Notes: generated by a model not told the origin, from the sequence alone. 63,161 nt of DNA, filler included, from Pseudovirgaria hyperparasitica (GCA_010093815.1; 4 parts of 4 records of this genome joined end to end with filler, not necessarily neighbours in it), one strand, 5' to 3'. Shown: positions 36,158-50,214, counted from the whole stretch's first letter. Numbers and translations are program-made.

Positions 36158-38559
36158 TCACAGCTCCTCATTCTCGTCAATCACATGGTAGCGGGGCAAG
36201 AGATGGCGGTCCAGATTTCTGGACGCTACATACACAGTCTTGTCAGAATGGCGGCTCGCGCTGTCAAAGCAGTTTCCAACAGTCAGGCCATAGCCATCCG
36301 CATCGTAGAGATGCACATCTCCATCCGAGTCAAGGAGAGTCGTCACGAAAGCTTCTAATTCTGATCTGCCTAGTTCTGTCCGCTTTCGATTCCATTTTGA
36401 GTCATTGAACACACACACCTCTACTGTTCGCTGGCTGGTCGCATGGGCCTTTTGTGGTAGGAATCTGCCTTGCTGGGCGCCATTCTCGATTGACCGGCTT
36501 TTTGGATCTAGCGTGGATTCTCGGTCGTTACGTACCGCCAGGTCTATGGATTGAGAAATGGTATCTCGTTGTCCCCCGACAAGCTCTGGGGCTGGGGGAA
36601 CTTGGGAATCTGGCAACGAAGCAGATTGAGCAAGGCCCGAAGACAGCTTACGTCGCTTATTCGGGTCGTACACTGACTGTGCTATGCTTACTGCGCCAAT
36701 TGCGCTATCGTCCTGTGCCTCGTGGCTGAAGCAAGGTGCTACGTCGAGCGTACCAAAAAACAACTCGTAGACTCGTTTCCGAACCTGGAGACTGGAAATA
36801 GCACCCTGGGGTGCAGGAACATCGCTAGCCAGTATGTTCAAGTAAAGATGTTGCCGAGTGGCTTCATAATCGGTCTCTGTGATCCAGCCACAGCGAAAAG
36901 TTGGATCTTCGACCGAGTCATGTGCATTAGTTGATATCTCTTCAACAGGAGAGGGTGCTTTCCGTTTCGCTGACCTCAGTCGCTGCAAGATGTCATCAAT
37001 GACGGACTCCAGATTTTCGTATTGACTACTGGGAAGCATAGCAGCGACCAGTTCGCGCTGGAAGTTCCGCGCTCGCAGCCTCTGGATCTCCTCGGAGTCG
37101 AATCCGAGCTGGAAAGCTAGCTCGCCAAACGCTACCCACGCAAATGGGTCTTGCTCGCGTCTTTGTTTAGCACACCTCCTGTGCTGTCTAGGAAGGCCCG
37201 AGTTCAGGTGCAGAATATTACGCATCGCGTATAGATGAAGCTGGCGGTAGCCGGTCTCGAACGGGCCATAGCTCTCTGAAGATTTACAGTATATCAGACT
37301 CGAATCTCTCAGTTGAAGACAGAAGTAGCCGTCTTTTTGATTGACATTGGTAAAGCACTTCCGAACTGCTTCTGAGAAACTCGATTGTAGCTGAGTCTTT
37401 GGTCCTAGGACTGCTTGTCTGACCGCACGAGCACAGGCATCAAGGTACCTGAGATCTTTTCGAAGCGTAACGAGCGTGGGGATTGGGTACATTATCGTGA
37501 TAAGGTTCTGCAAGATCTTGGCTTGATTTTTACTCCGCTTCAATAGGGAGAATATCGTGCCTTGCTCGATATCCTGCCTCAAAGCTGAGTATTCGCTAGA
37601 ATAAACGCCAGGTGCTTTTGACTGGAGGCTTGCCACAGTTTGACTGTCCAATGCGTGCCTATGCTCTGAATCTCCACCTATGATAGCCGACCATATAGCG
37701 GATATGTGGTTCAGATAGCACAATATTTCCTACTGGTGTGAGTTTATTCCATGGATCATAGCCGAGTGCTCACCTCATCTAGCCTACTGCTCATGATCTC
37801 TAAAAGGGTTCCTATCCTGAATCCGTGGACTAGTAGAGCTTCGAATTTGCATAACTTTGCAAAGCCACTCGCCAGTTTCGGGTGTCGGAGGAAGCGTTTC
37901 AGTATGTTTCTTTTGCTCTTCGTCAATCGTGCCCACCACTGCTTCTCGGCGAGCTCCTGTCGACTAGCTCGGTAGCGTAGAATCCTGATGTAAACCGAGC
38001 CGTCTGTGAAGTTATGCGAGTTGCAATACTGTTCGACCAACTCACGTTGGCCTTCCGCGCCTAGATCTATACAAGTGAGTCCTCTTACGGCTGGCAGCGA
38101 CATGAACCTACCAGCAGAGTACAGGTCAACGATCCACCACCTATCAGTCGCTTCTAGCACTGACGTCTCTTTGGCTGCGGTAACACGATGCTTTCCTCGC
38201 AAGCATTCTATGGAGAGATGCGATGGCAGTTTCAAGAGGGGAGGTAGTGCGTCTGGATTATCGAGCAGAGTTTCTGATGTGACATGGTCGGTTGCGGTGT
38301 ATTCAAGTGCACTTTGAAGGTCCTTTGCGTCGATAAGTGCTGGAATATGACGATCAGGTTCTAGACGTCGGCAGCCTTCTAGCTCAAACACCCGCTTCAG
38401 CCGGTCGACATTGTGTCGTTGTAGATCGACCAACACTTGTTTCGGAAACTGTAGAGAATCAAGCAAGACTCTTGCCTTTCCTAGGAACTTTGCAGTCCTC
38501 TCTTGAAGTATATCGACTTCGTGTCTAGCGATACTATCTTGGTGGGAGCTCTGGGCCAT
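36158..38559 (-). CDS. DUF3723 domain protein (Starship auxiliary gene), ~770 aa, 3 exons
   Basis: FLGKARVLLDSLQF..NVDRLKRVFELEGCRRL..HIPALID..CLRGKHRVTAA..DRWWIVDLY..FTDGSVY..AEKQWWARL. Introns 38067-38111 and 37730-37773 give a continuous frame. Confidence 0.88.
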
Positions 38560-39194
38560 ATTGGTCGAGGGATAAGATCTACATGACAGGACTAGTATGA
38601 GCCTCCTCAATGAGCGCTTTCGCCGTGAGCCGTGGTTAGGTCATAATCTTACTGAGCGATATATCTATGGTGTATCTCCTGCAAGGATGGTGCAACAGCC
38701 TAGAGCGGATCGTGAACGACATGCCTGATCGCTCTCAGGAGACATACACTATACAGGCATGGCCAGCGGACCTAGAAGGCGCGAGTGGCGCGAGTCCCGG
38801 AGACAGGTCGAACTGGGACGGACAAGGCTGCTGCTTCGATCCGTCGAATAGAGTTGCTTAACACTTGCAGTGATGAGAGCTACAGGGCGCGCAGGAAGCT
38901 CAGTAAGTTCTTGGCAGCCTCGCTTTCGTAGTGAAAGGCCGGAATCCTGACCCCCTCTCTTTAGTCACAGGAAGGACTTACGTACGCATCCCGATTCGAA
39001 GATGCATGCTGCTCTAGGTCCCCATGCTCGATATATGTCTTTTCCAGGGCGTTTAAGATACAAACCCAATTTTGGGCTGTGGCCTCAATATATAATCAAA
39101 CTCTCGGCCCAATCGATACTGGGCCATGTATTGATCTTGACACACCTGCTCTGTTCCCAGGACTTAAGTTCCCAGCTTTCAACTCGCATTAGCC

Positions 39195-39893
39195 ATGAAG
39201 ACCCGCGTGTATCCCTGGAAGCGCCTCATGCCTGTTGGCCTGGGTGCTGCCGCCTTGGCTTGTCTTCTAGTATCGCTATACGCTGCTACAAATAAGAGAG
39301 TGCTTCGCGAGGGCATCGCAATCATCAAGGTAAGACATGTTTTGGCTGACGCGGTGCCCAGCACTGACTCTAAAACACAGTTCAATAAGCCAGAGCTTCC
39401 GTTGGTGCCAAAACATCGAAGAAGTAACACATTTCGCGATATAAATGTCCCACACCCTGGCCTCCCTAGCCTCGACCCCCAAGACATCGACATACCCATA
39501 CCGGTGGTACCCAACTCCAACGAGATCCAGAGCAAAGTGCTTAGCGCCATTGACAGCGCACAAACGGCCACAAGCAACATGATTGATGAGGTTCAAAACA
39601 CGGCCGGTAATATCATTGACAAAGCAAAAAACCTGACCAACATCGCTCTACCACGGAACATCACCATTGGCACTCAGAGCTACTGTGTCAACTTAGACAA
39701 TGATACGACTTGTCGAGATCTTCCCCTGGACTTGTCCTCTCTACTACCCGCGGACACACTCCATGTCCTCGAGTCCGTTATGCCGGGCTTTTCATCATTA
39801 GCCGAGAAGCTAAATCGGTTTACAGTCCCGATCTTCTTGTACATACTCATTGCCGGGATCATGTGCTCATTCAGTCTCTGGCTGGCTTGTATT
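39195..39893 (+). CDS. SUR7/PalI-like membrane protein, truncated by a gap
   Basis: N-terminal TM, then NITIGTQSYCV..TTCRDLP, then a further TM helix. Confidence 0.5.
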
Positions 39894-39993
39894 NNNNNNN
39901 NNNNNNNNNNNNNNNNNNNNNNNNNNNNNNNNNNNNNTTAATTAATTAANNNNNNNNNNNNNNNNNNNNNNNNNNNNNNNNNNNNNNNNNNNN
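39894..39993. other. Artificial contig linker
   Basis: N-run, TTAATTAATTAA, N-run. Confidence 0.97.
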
Positions 39994-40214
39994 CTGAGCG
40001 CGTCGCGGATCGTGCTGACGTCGGGGTTGTTCTGCATCTTAAGGACCAGGCCGAGCGTGCCCATAATGATATTTTTGACCTGATCGGAGGGCACTGGTTG
40101 ATCCTGCGAGCGTTCGATGTTGAGGAGGATGTCTCGCAGGTGCTTGCTGAGATGAGTTGCGTGCTCGCGGAGCGCGGTGGGCCACACCATCACTTGAGGC
40201 CACGCGGCTGCCAT
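39994..40214 (-). mobile_element. Probable LINE ORF1 N-terminus, cut by a gap
   Basis: WPTALREHATHLSKHLRDILLNIERSQDQPVP resembles, from memory, the N-termini of fungal LINE gag-like ORF1 proteins. The sequence is GC-rich and not RIP-mutated. Confidence 0.45.
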
Positions 40215-40347
40215 GGTGTCCGGGTCGCACTGGGCGATGCGCCTGGCTCACAGCAAGTCAAGTAGCCTAATGAGAAGGTATATGCGTACGTTTGATCGAC
40301 TGAATTCCAAAAATTTCGGTTCTCGCTGTTGTCGTGTTTTTCCCCCG

Positions 40348-40957
40348 GGACATGGGATCGCAGCGCATGCTTGTATTTATTCGGACCGATCGGATTACAG
40401 AGCTCTTCCTCCTTCAGCCGCTCTTGGCAACAAATTGTTGCCAAGAGCAGCTTTACCCCGGGCTAGCGTGTCTGTACTAGTGCAGGATCATATCGCACTA
40501 CACCATCCATATAAAGGCGAGGCGATTGATCTCGCATGGGTCCCGTCGCACTCAGGCATACAGGGACACGACGAGGCAGACGCAGCAGCAAAGACAACGA
40601 CGAAGGACTCGAAGGTCGTTTCCGCGCAATGGCAGTGTCAGTACTCAAGAAATGTACCGCAGAGGAACTACCGCAACAGGAGTGGAAGTCGGGAAGACAT
40701 CTAAAACAAATAGACACAGCACTACCCGGAGCACATGTCAAGCTACGATCGTTTCTGAAGAAGATTGCAATCGAAGAGAGTGATCAGTGCGAATGCAGTC
40801 AAGGGAGAGAAGACACACGTCACTTTCTATTGCATTGCCGCAGGCATGAACACCTGCGTGGAGACGTGATCAAGGAAGGTCAAGGTAGGTACGGCGACCT
40901 GTCATATATGCTTGGCGGGATATCGCCATATCTGAATCCGGATGGGTCCAGTCCTGA
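40348..40957 (+). repeat. Inverted copy of 26818-27428 (hairpin module plus LINE fragment)
   Basis: Near-identical reverse complement with the same translated ORFs. Confidence 0.92.
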
Positions 40958-42478
40958 TCTTTTCACCCGAGCCGTCTGCAATCTCCGCCTGCTCAAATCA
41001 GGTCTACCTTGTGTCAAGTTCATCCTCGGCGGCCTGCTGGTCGTAGCACAGTCCGTCGGCCAGCAAATCCCATCCGAAGCACAGGGCACCTTCGACGGCG
41101 TGGAGGAAGCTTGCAGGCTGGAGAGCAAAGACATTGCTGTGTCGTTCCGCGCTCCTACGTTGGTCGAGTTGTTGGCTATCAGCGAGAGTGAGAATCTTGA
41201 CATGGTTGGCGAGGTAGAAAACATGGGCTCGGAGCTGGGATGCATGCTATCGCTGTATAAGAGCGTGAGCCTGAAGGGGAGGGATGGTGCGAAATGATGT
41301 GGTACACCCGGCTTTATAGTCCTGGAATCTGGGAGAGCTGGAAGATTTGCTTTGCTTAACACTCACACAGATAAAATTTCGGACTGCGTGTTGGGCTAAC
41401 GAAATGAGATATGCCTATTAAATTATGAAATTCATGCTTAAGAATCCTGATGGAGATATGCGCCGTGCATCTGAGAAGGCAACACTTAGCAGTCTCCTGA
41501 TATTGGTATGCTCCTGAGATATTGTCGACCACAGTATGCCTTCGTCCTCAAGCTTTCGAGCTTTCTCTTGAACGTATCGACAATGCTGGGAAATATATGG
41601 GGTGTATGTGCCGTCGCGAACTGCATCTTGATCTTTGTCAAAGTGAAACCGCTACAAATTGAGCGAGGCTCAGCCTCGTAGGGCCGATCAGACGGTTAAA
41701 CCCGTAGACGGGCCTTCAAGAGTGAATATGGAGTTCATGAAAGAGATACGCTAGACAATCGCAGATTCAAACAGATGAAAAGTGAACGGCAGAAGGATCT
41801 AAGAGGTATATGGAAATCCTGCTGCCTTTCCAGAGGTACGATAGATGAGGGTACTTCCACACAGACAAGGCTGTGAGAAGCCCCGCTTAGTCTGCATCTG
41901 CATAGTAGCTTCGCAGGTAGTGGAAGACTGATAAGATTGTAAATTACCATAATTCAAGCGCACACTCAGATTCTGCATAGTAAGCAGTGAGCTCGCAGAA
42001 GACTCAGCTCTTTCCTACTTCCTTTTATCACAGCACGCTGCCCGGCCCTAACACGTCTACGATTCCAACCGGGCGAGCTTCACATGCACACGTCACGCCG
42101 ACTTCCATCTCTTGCTTCGGACCCTTGGCATTCTTTCTTTACGAGAGGCTAGTAAGTCGAATCTACTGCAATCTGGCCTGTGGACACACGCAGTGATCGG
42201 TGTGCGAGAGATGCCCTCTCCACAAGGACACTTTGCTGGGAAGTGCTGCGGACAAGGTTTAATGTGTGATCTTAAGGCTGTGCAAGGACGCCACATGCTG
42301 CAAGCCCCGATCGATGCAATGCTGGCATGAGGCATTAATGTCGACGAGCATCGTGATGTTCACTGGATGGCTCTAAATCGTAGACAAGCATATGTATCTC
42401 TTGTATAGTGGCGGCAAGTGCTGGCGGTGCAGTATCGTAAATATATATGTACATTTGTATAATAGTCTCCTGCATCCC

Positions 42479-44349
42479 TTAAACCGTCGTTGATTCTATC
42501 GTGGCACGTTTTCGAAGAGCAAATGAGCGAACCGAGCGTGCTATACCCCGAGCATTTGCGAGCATGAACTTGTTAAACATCGCTGACTTGTTCGCGAAAG
42601 AGTGTGACCAATAGACGAATATCAAAGTGAGCGCAGTCAAAGGAACTGTCAGCTGAAGCCATCTGTCCAGTGCTATTGATGAGAACACCACCTTCTCATT
42701 ATCATTAGCGGAGTAATGAACAACGTCGGTGGAGAAGAAGGCCTGATTCACATTAGAACCAGCAGAGAAAGAATAGTAATGGTGGTAACACTGACCGATA
42801 CGAAACTGCCCGGTAGATATACTCCAAAGACAATTGTCAACATTCTGACTGCAATAGCTTCCCGTTCCATACGATTGCTGACAGCTTCTATTCTCTCAGA
42901 AGCCTGAGTCTGCAAGTGTTGCACTATCTTGGAGTGCGTTAGTATGTGTGATAAGTGTGGCTTCCAGATCGTCAATCATACCAATTCTTTTCGATCTTTA
43001 ACGATATCCACAAGTGATTTTGCCCTGAACAGTTCCATCTTGGAATTATGCACCATGACACCAAGTTTGGTATCGAAGCAATGCAAGTCGTCGCTGCAGG
43101 CATTTCTCAAGGCTGATGGATAATCATAACTACTGACCAGCTTACAGTAGTATTCGCGAAGTAAGGTCAAGATATCCACATTCGTCTCCAATGCAATGAC
43201 GATTCCTGCGGCTTTGTCTAAATGCCGATGCAACCGCACAAGGTGCTCGGATCTGTAATTCTTCCATGGGCTATAGCCGGCGAGCTGAGTCTAACGTCAC
43301 ATTAACAGAGTGATAATGTCTGCGAGTACTTTGCCCTACCTCTTCCTCAACAGTCATTTCAAGCCACTTCAAGAACCATCGCCATCCCTCCGTAGCCCAA
43401 CGACAGAACATTAGATGTGTTGAGAGGCTCGATCGCAGGCACTCTTCTGGTGATGTGAAAGCCAAGCCACCTGGCCGAACGCTCGATGCAGAGAAATCCT
43501 TATAACGGTGGTATAAATCGCGACCCCCTTTTGTGACTATCCAGAGGGTAGTGCCTTCGATTACATCAAACTGATGGTGGATTGCAGCTGGTTGGATGGA
43601 CCATTCCTGATGATTACCCAAGCCGTTCTCCTCAGATTTCTTGATCGCGGTCCGTAGATTGTAACATAGCTGGAATTGCCGTCCGCTTCGGCCTAGCTCT
43701 GTTGTGACAGGTCCACGTGGTGCTGATAAAGTAGTCTGCTCCATGAAGGCACTGAATTTGAGATCATCTGGTTCGTACTTCAACCCGAATGCTAAAATAA
43801 AGTCCAAGTACGCCGGCATGACCTCATGATACGAGAGAACGTTTGTGAGCATGCTTCTGGACACCTTTAGAGCCGCTCTGCTGTGAATACCGTATATGTA
43901 GCTGCTAAAGATTAGTGCTTTGCTGGTAATTCGCACGCATATTTCTGAGACGTACATAAAACGACATTTCGGATCCCTCCTCTGAGCATATATGAACGGA
44001 GGCTTGCGTGGGCACTCTTCATTCATTCTCGACTGTACGCCGAGCCATTCCAATTCTTTGCCCTCCAGATGAATGTTGGTCTTTTTGAGGCCTGAGGATT
44101 CGAGTCAGATTGTGTGCTTGTGACATAGTGGACATTGTTCTAAATACCTTCCTGAGGGTCTATATCGCGGAACGTCAGGTCTACCTCTTCTTCGCGTTTT
44201 ACAAACAACGAAGGTGTCGCTTTGTCTAGTGAAGTGGTTGCGCCTGTCAATGTCCAGGCACATGCATCTAACGTTCTTGTAATGATGTTCTGTGGATACT
44301 TGTGGGCTCCTCGGATCGACTCCGCAAGCTGATGGTCAACCAAGAACAT
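42479..44349 (-). CDS. Fungal CorA-like transporter-domain protein, multi-exon
   Basis: LSYHEVMPAYLDFILAFG, GRSGRQFQLCYNLR, WSIQPAAIHHQFD, then EAIAVRMLTIVFGVYLPGSFVS|AFFSTDVV and a final TM helix. Confidence 0.75.
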
Positions 44350-44628
44350 TTTGAACAAATAGTGAAGACCAATGGTTGTTGTGCTTGCATAGAATTTACT
44401 ACTTAAGGAAAGTTATGCTAGAGGAAATATGAACGATCGCGATGTAGTTATTCTTTTGAACAAATTTACAGTGTCAACCTTACGTTGTCTTGCTTCAACA
44501 ATGCGTTGTGTGTGGCTGTACACATGTCCGACTTTTTGGTGCACCCATGATTTAGCCACCCTTCGCCCGGAGGAACGATTACGCAGCATCATCCTTGTGA
44601 CATACTCCACTTAAGCTGCGCTTTCAGC

Positions 44629-45168
44629 CTATGGCGCACCACCTGCCCCACCCTCAGAAACCGAAGATGGGTCATTTGCCATTCCCTCGACTGAAACTTT
44701 GATATGCATTCCGGGCTCGGGCGTAAGCGATGGTTCTCTTGCGCGATTATCATCTCTCAGCTGTAGTATCTCGTTTTTGCGATCCTGGAAACGTCAATCG
44801 AGATCTTTGTACGTTGGCAATGCAAGGGAAGTGCACTCACTGTTGTGAATGGTGCTGGAACTTTGACTATCCAATAGTCTCCCTTCTGTAGGATTGACCG
44901 TTAGCCACCATAGCCTCTCCTTCACCAGAGCGCGCTCGATTACCGTTCTCTCCTTGAACTCTGTGCCGGGGAACAAGGTTTCGAGGTGAGCCTTCAATTT
45001 TGGCCAGGTCACCCCATTGTAAATGCCGATTTTCCAGGGGTATCTTTGTGGCGAGGGGGCACGCTGTTTGGAGGCGATGCTCTGCAAAGGCTGAGTGAGT
45101 CTCTCTCGAAGCGATCTTCCCGCATCTGATCGGCTGGTGGGTTGGCGTGAAGGAGGCATGGCATGCAC
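44629..45168 (-). CDS. Small multi-exon hypothetical protein
   Basis: Exons encode LKAHLETLFPGTEFKERT, KGDYWIVKVPAPFT and RFQDRKNEILQLRDD, separated by plausible GT-AG introns. Confidence 0.45.
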
Positions 45169-47246
45169 GCCGAGAGTCTCAGCAACAGTTGCGTTTCGTT
45201 TGACCAGTGGACTCAGATGAGTGCGGTCAACAAGATGGAAACTAAAGAGAGTCTCTGATGAGTGCTTTTTGAAGTGTGAGCCTTGACGAAGGGCTCTCTT
45301 AAAGGCTGCAAGCTGAAAGCGCCCTCGATGGATCGGTGAGGCCGGTCAGTTATCAATCCTTGAGGTCTACCGCCCATCTCTATTCTAGGCAACAATCAAC
45401 AAGGAAGAACAGCTGCATGCCTAATTATCATGTTAATAGGACCACCTTCTACTCCGCACATTCGCTTCGATCAACGAAAGGAATTGCGATCCCTAGATCT
45501 CGGTATGCACGATTCGCTTGTTCTACACTTCAAAAACGGCTTCATGCTCTGCCATGCTCAGATACCGTATAGCACAAACATAATGAGCGGCGTGGAGTAA
45601 GGGTGAGTTTGATCTACTATTGTCATATGTAGGGCGGAGGACGCTCGACGTCGAGAGAAAGTGCAATAAGTTAAGGGAATCGTCCCTTTCGGCCCGACGC
45701 GATCTGGCGTTCGCGCCCAAAAAGCGGGACACGCCAAACGCTTCACGAGTGACGACTCTCTGTACTGGCCAGATCTCCTGTTTAGGTACGTTCGGGGCCC
45801 CAAGCGATCATTGCATGTGCGGCCAATTTCCCGAACATAGAGCCCCCGGCGTTGAACCGGTTTTCAAAGAAATTCCCGCAGCAGCAAACAACTGAAACCT
45901 ACTCCCACATGGCTGCGCCGTCCGTTGAGAATGCGCCTCTCTCTTGCATCGCGCTCTTTCGATCCCACGTCGCGATGGGTGACCTCGTGGTTACTGTCCC
46001 CTCTCGTTCTTTTCGCTTGGTTCACAATCTTTTTCACTCTTGGCTGCATGAATGAATGGCACAGCCATCTATATAACTGTGGGAGATAGTCAGCGATGCT
46101 AGCTTATTGAATTGACATCGGCGCAATAGCAAGTTTCGCGAATGTAATCTCGAGATGATGGTAGATAGTACAGGACAGTAAAGGGGGGGGAACCATTCGA
46201 CCATGTCAAGGCTAGCTAGGTAGACATTGTGAATGATCAAACAGTATAGCACTACTCGTCAAGCACCAAGCTGACACACGCACACACATAGTTCCATGGC
46301 ACGAAAGACATTTGAGAATCAGATTGCGCAGCGCTCAAGAAAGGAACTAAAACTACATTTCGAAAGGGAAGGCACCGAGCCTCCCCTCTCAAAAATTGGG
46401 TTCAACCTTGTGTTCTACCCATCCTATGCCTGTGCTTCCCAAAAAAACCCATGCTACAGATTCACCGGCTCCTAGACGTCCTCGTCACTGTCATCACCAA
46501 GCAGTTCACCTTCGTCCGGATCCACGATCGCATAGTCGCCGCGGCCAAACGAGGCTCTACTCGTGTACGTCCGGCTTCCGTAGCCACGGCCGCCACCGAA
46601 TCTGCTGCTTGCACTTCGCCACAGACTGCCGACCAGTAATGGGATCGTAGCGAGAACGGCAATGAGGCCTGAAACGGCCGCGATGGGCCATGATATCCAT
46701 GGACTGTTGCTGTCGAACGAATTATAGCCGTCGCCCAGTCGGATGCGGCCAAACTTGCCGTCCCAGTTCTGGTATACCCAGTACCCGACACCAGCGGCTG
46801 CTGTAATTGGGAGAACTATCGCGAGGAAGATGACGAAGCCAGATGTGCCATGCTTCTCGTTGTACTCTTCTTCATGGCCTGGGCACTATGACGGACTGTG
46901 CGATATCTCTCAGAGATCTTGCTGCTCATACATTTGTTTCCCAAATTCATAGTAGTGCAGACCTTGAATAGTATGCCATGTAAGTCACGTAGACTACTCG
47001 CGTACTGTTCGTGAAATGATCTGTATTGTACATAGCTTATCATCCCTCTGTCGCAATCACATCATCGGCTACTCTATCTCTTCTCTGAACCAATTTCAAC
47101 TTCTTGGAACGAGGGCAAGTCTCGAATAGTTTTGGCGTTACGCGAATCGGAAGATCTGTCAGCCAACATAACTTCGCTGTAGTGTGCAACGCTAGACGTC
47201 AAGAAACGACGAACAAAAATCCGTTGAATGGAAGGCCACGTGCAAC

Positions 47247-48747
47247 TCACGTGCCTGACATTGTGTCTTGCGAGCACAGTTCGATCAAGCGAGCCGAATC
47301 GTACTTCTCAACCTTTAGCATATCCCTGTCCTGAGTTTCAAAAAAGTATTTCGGGCTTTGGAGGAACGTCGACGACGCAATTGATGAGACAGCCTTGCTA
47401 ACTTGTTGTAGAAATGAGCTCCGATGGTGAATCAGCACTTGAATCAGCATATCAATGGCAGGTGCAGGTAGTTTCTCGTAGCTAAACTTCGTCAGTACTC
47501 CGTATCCGTGGAGCGCAACTTACGTACTCAGAGTTTGTGACCTGGTAGTCTCCTTGTGTCGGCATCAACGCAAGAATACCTGGGGCAAATGCATGGGCCA
47601 AGGTAGACCATCGGTGCCCCGCTAGTAGTCGTCCCTTCAGCGTCTGCAGCTTACGCCCATACTCATCTTTGCCTTTGGTACGGCTTTGTCTCGTGGCCTT
47701 TACGTCAGGATAGGCTTCAACCATGATCTTCGCAAGAATCTGCGACCCAGTATGGCCAGAAGTACGGCCAATCTCACGATCTGGACGCAAACGTTTTGAG
47801 TTCTGTCCCCTTTGCGCCTGCAACTTTTGACGTAGAGAGTACAGATGAACTAGATGGTATCGCCGAAGCACAGAGCTGGCATGCACGGATGCTTCTAGCT
47901 GGTCTAGCTCTGCGATAGTGCCATTCAAGTCTTGCGATGATTGATGAAGACTGATGGTTCTTGTGCGAAGGATGCTACTGGTATCGCGCAACTGGCTGAA
48001 CGCGTCGGGACTCCCAATGGCGTAGAACAGCTTAGTGAGCAGATAAAGTCGATTATGGTCGAAGCCCGTACCGCATCGGACGTCATGTCGCTTGAACTCT
48101 GAATATATACTCCACGGATCGATCTCGGGCGGAGAAGAGACCAACTTTAGGACAGTAGAAACGTCGGCACGACTGATAGCATGCGACTGACCTATGTATG
48201 CGGTCGACATATGGGCTACATTACGCTTTCTCTCCCCGATTCTGGCACTCCTGGGCTTCTTTAGGAACGTCTTTCGTTCGCCATGTCGTGTTCCGGTGGT
48301 ATTGGTGACTTCCGTACTGGCGAAGGCGACTGGGCAAGCGCCGGTTGTTGTTGTTGGACATCGTTGCACCTCTGATCGAGATGGGGCCTTTTCCATGCCT
48401 TCAGACGGTTTCGTAGAGATGTTGTGTTCGGGTGCGGCACTGGCAGAGTTGTCTTCATCGTGTGGATGCTCAGTGTCGCGTCCCAAGAAGTCAAGCATCT
48501 CATCGATGGCCAGATACACATTATTCTCTGCCTCTATACCGATATCATGCTCGTTACAAAGATACTGATCATAGCGTTCTAGATCGCTTTTGCTATGTGT
48601 CTCCTGCAGCCGAGATAAGTGGCTCGACAGATCCTCTAGTTGAGACCTTGTCAGCGCACTCGGCATAGGATACTTCCGAGCATACGCTGTCAATAATAAA
48701 GAGATATCGCTGAGAAGAATTTGAAAGTCTCTTGCGTCCGAAAGCAT
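47247..48747 (-). CDS. Hypothetical protein, ~485 aa, 2 exons
   Basis: A 421-aa ORF joins the ORF ending at 47247 through a GTACGT...TTTAG intron at ~47482-47527. Confidence 0.65.
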
Positions 48748-48778
48748 TGCTGCGTGGATCGATGCGGATGCTGGAGGT

Positions 48779-49362
48779 AGGCTAAGTAGCTAATTATCGT
48801 GACGTAGGACAGCTGTAGGAAGATGCAGCAAGCTAATAACTACTCAGAGAGTTTTCCCATCTACCGTGGACGACCCGTAGCGAATTCTGTGATCCTTCGA
48901 GCGCCCTTGGAATGGAGAATGAGCATGCACACAGTGGGAAGCATCGATGGATCATGCCTGATGCCACACGCCCTCTCCTGGTCCCTGCAGTGATGAGAGC
49001 TACAGGGCGGCAGGACGCCTCTCTGGGATATCGACGTTTGAGGCTCAGTAAGTAGGCAACCAGTGGACCGAATTCTGGGCGAGTCTTCGTTATTTTACGG
49101 CACTGTGACAAGATCTACTAAGCTGGTCAGCACTGGGCCTTTTGACTATCTTTAATTTGCTGTCCAGGATTCTAGACTGCCAAGACTTTGGCGAGTAAAC
49201 AATGGCGCCAGTGTGCGCTATGGCGGAGGACTCAGTAAACAATACAGTGCTTGTCCTCAATCAAGCACAGCGTCCGCTAGTAAGAAAGTACAGTGCACCA
49301 TGCAAATGATACAAACGGTAGGGGCGTCTTTTGAGTCCCGCTTGTGATTATTTGCGAGGCTG
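48779..49362. repeat. Inverted duplication with 56645-57232 (O-methyltransferase upstream region)
   Basis: Reverse-complement match with a few substitutions and indels. Confidence 0.9.
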
Positions 49363-49936
49363 CGGTATTCCTCCTAGCCAGGACAGCAGCGTCACAGTTG
49401 TTGACGTTGGCGGCGGCTTTGGCCATGAACTAAGTCTCTTTGCCGAGAAGAGCACACGCAAGCCTGGAAGACTCGTCTGTCAAGATCAAGAATCTGTTAT
49501 AGCTACCGTCCCGTCAGAGCTAGCTGTTGGGGTCGAATTTGTCGCACACGACTTCTTTAGAGAACAGCCGGTGAGGGGTGCCCGAGCGTATTTGCTTAAG
49601 CATATCTGCCATGACTGGCCACATGCTCTGGCACTCTCGATCCTGAAAAATATCAAGGTTGCTATGGAGCCTGGGTACTCCAAGATGTTGATTATGGATC
49701 TGGTGATGCCGGAGGGAAAGGTGCCGCTGGCTGCTGCAGGACTTGATGTCGCTATGATGACGGGCTTCTCTGGGACTGAGAGAGAAGAAAAACTATGGAT
49801 GGAATTAGTGGAGGATGCAGAACTGAGCGTGAGGAAAATCTGGAAGGGGCAGGATGGAGATGGACTATTAGAGGTTGTTCTGGAAGAAGACAAAGACGAC
49901 ATAACTACAAAGCCTAGACTGGCAATAGCGGGTTGA
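49360..49936 (+). pseudogene. O-methyltransferase C-terminal (SAM-binding) half
   Basis: VVDVGGGFGH, LVCQD, AHDFFREQPVRGARAYLLKHICHDW, KMLIMDLV and GTERE are present. The N-terminal half is absent locally. Confidence 0.85.
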
Positions 49937-50214
49937 GATAACTGGTGGCAGTGCGCGTAGGATCTGGCAATGTTAGATTGCAACTCTTCTGATAGGGCTT
50001 GAATAGAGCTGGGATATTATCCTTACAACATCTCCCGCGAGACATTCCCTGATCATAAGATTGACACATATGGCGCTCGTCCACGTCGCCACATTAACTT
50101 CAACTACGACAGACTGCAAATAGAGTCTAGTCATATGCTACAAGTGATGTCACAGCTCACGGTATATTGGATTTTGGAATGCAGATCATTCAGCATCATT
50201 CATACCGAGCAAAA

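Noticed and set aside
38866..38910. GTGATGA-GAGC...GCTC-AGTAAG (also at ~48990-49052) as a hammerhead ribozyme or box C/D snoRNA
   Set aside because: It lacks the CUGANGA and GAAA cores and a properly placed box D. A deleted copy of the duplicated upstream region explains it more simply.
40536..41297. 253-aa ORF as a real gene
   Set aside because: Chance read-through from the LINE fragment into unrelated sequence at the 40957 duplication breakpoint.
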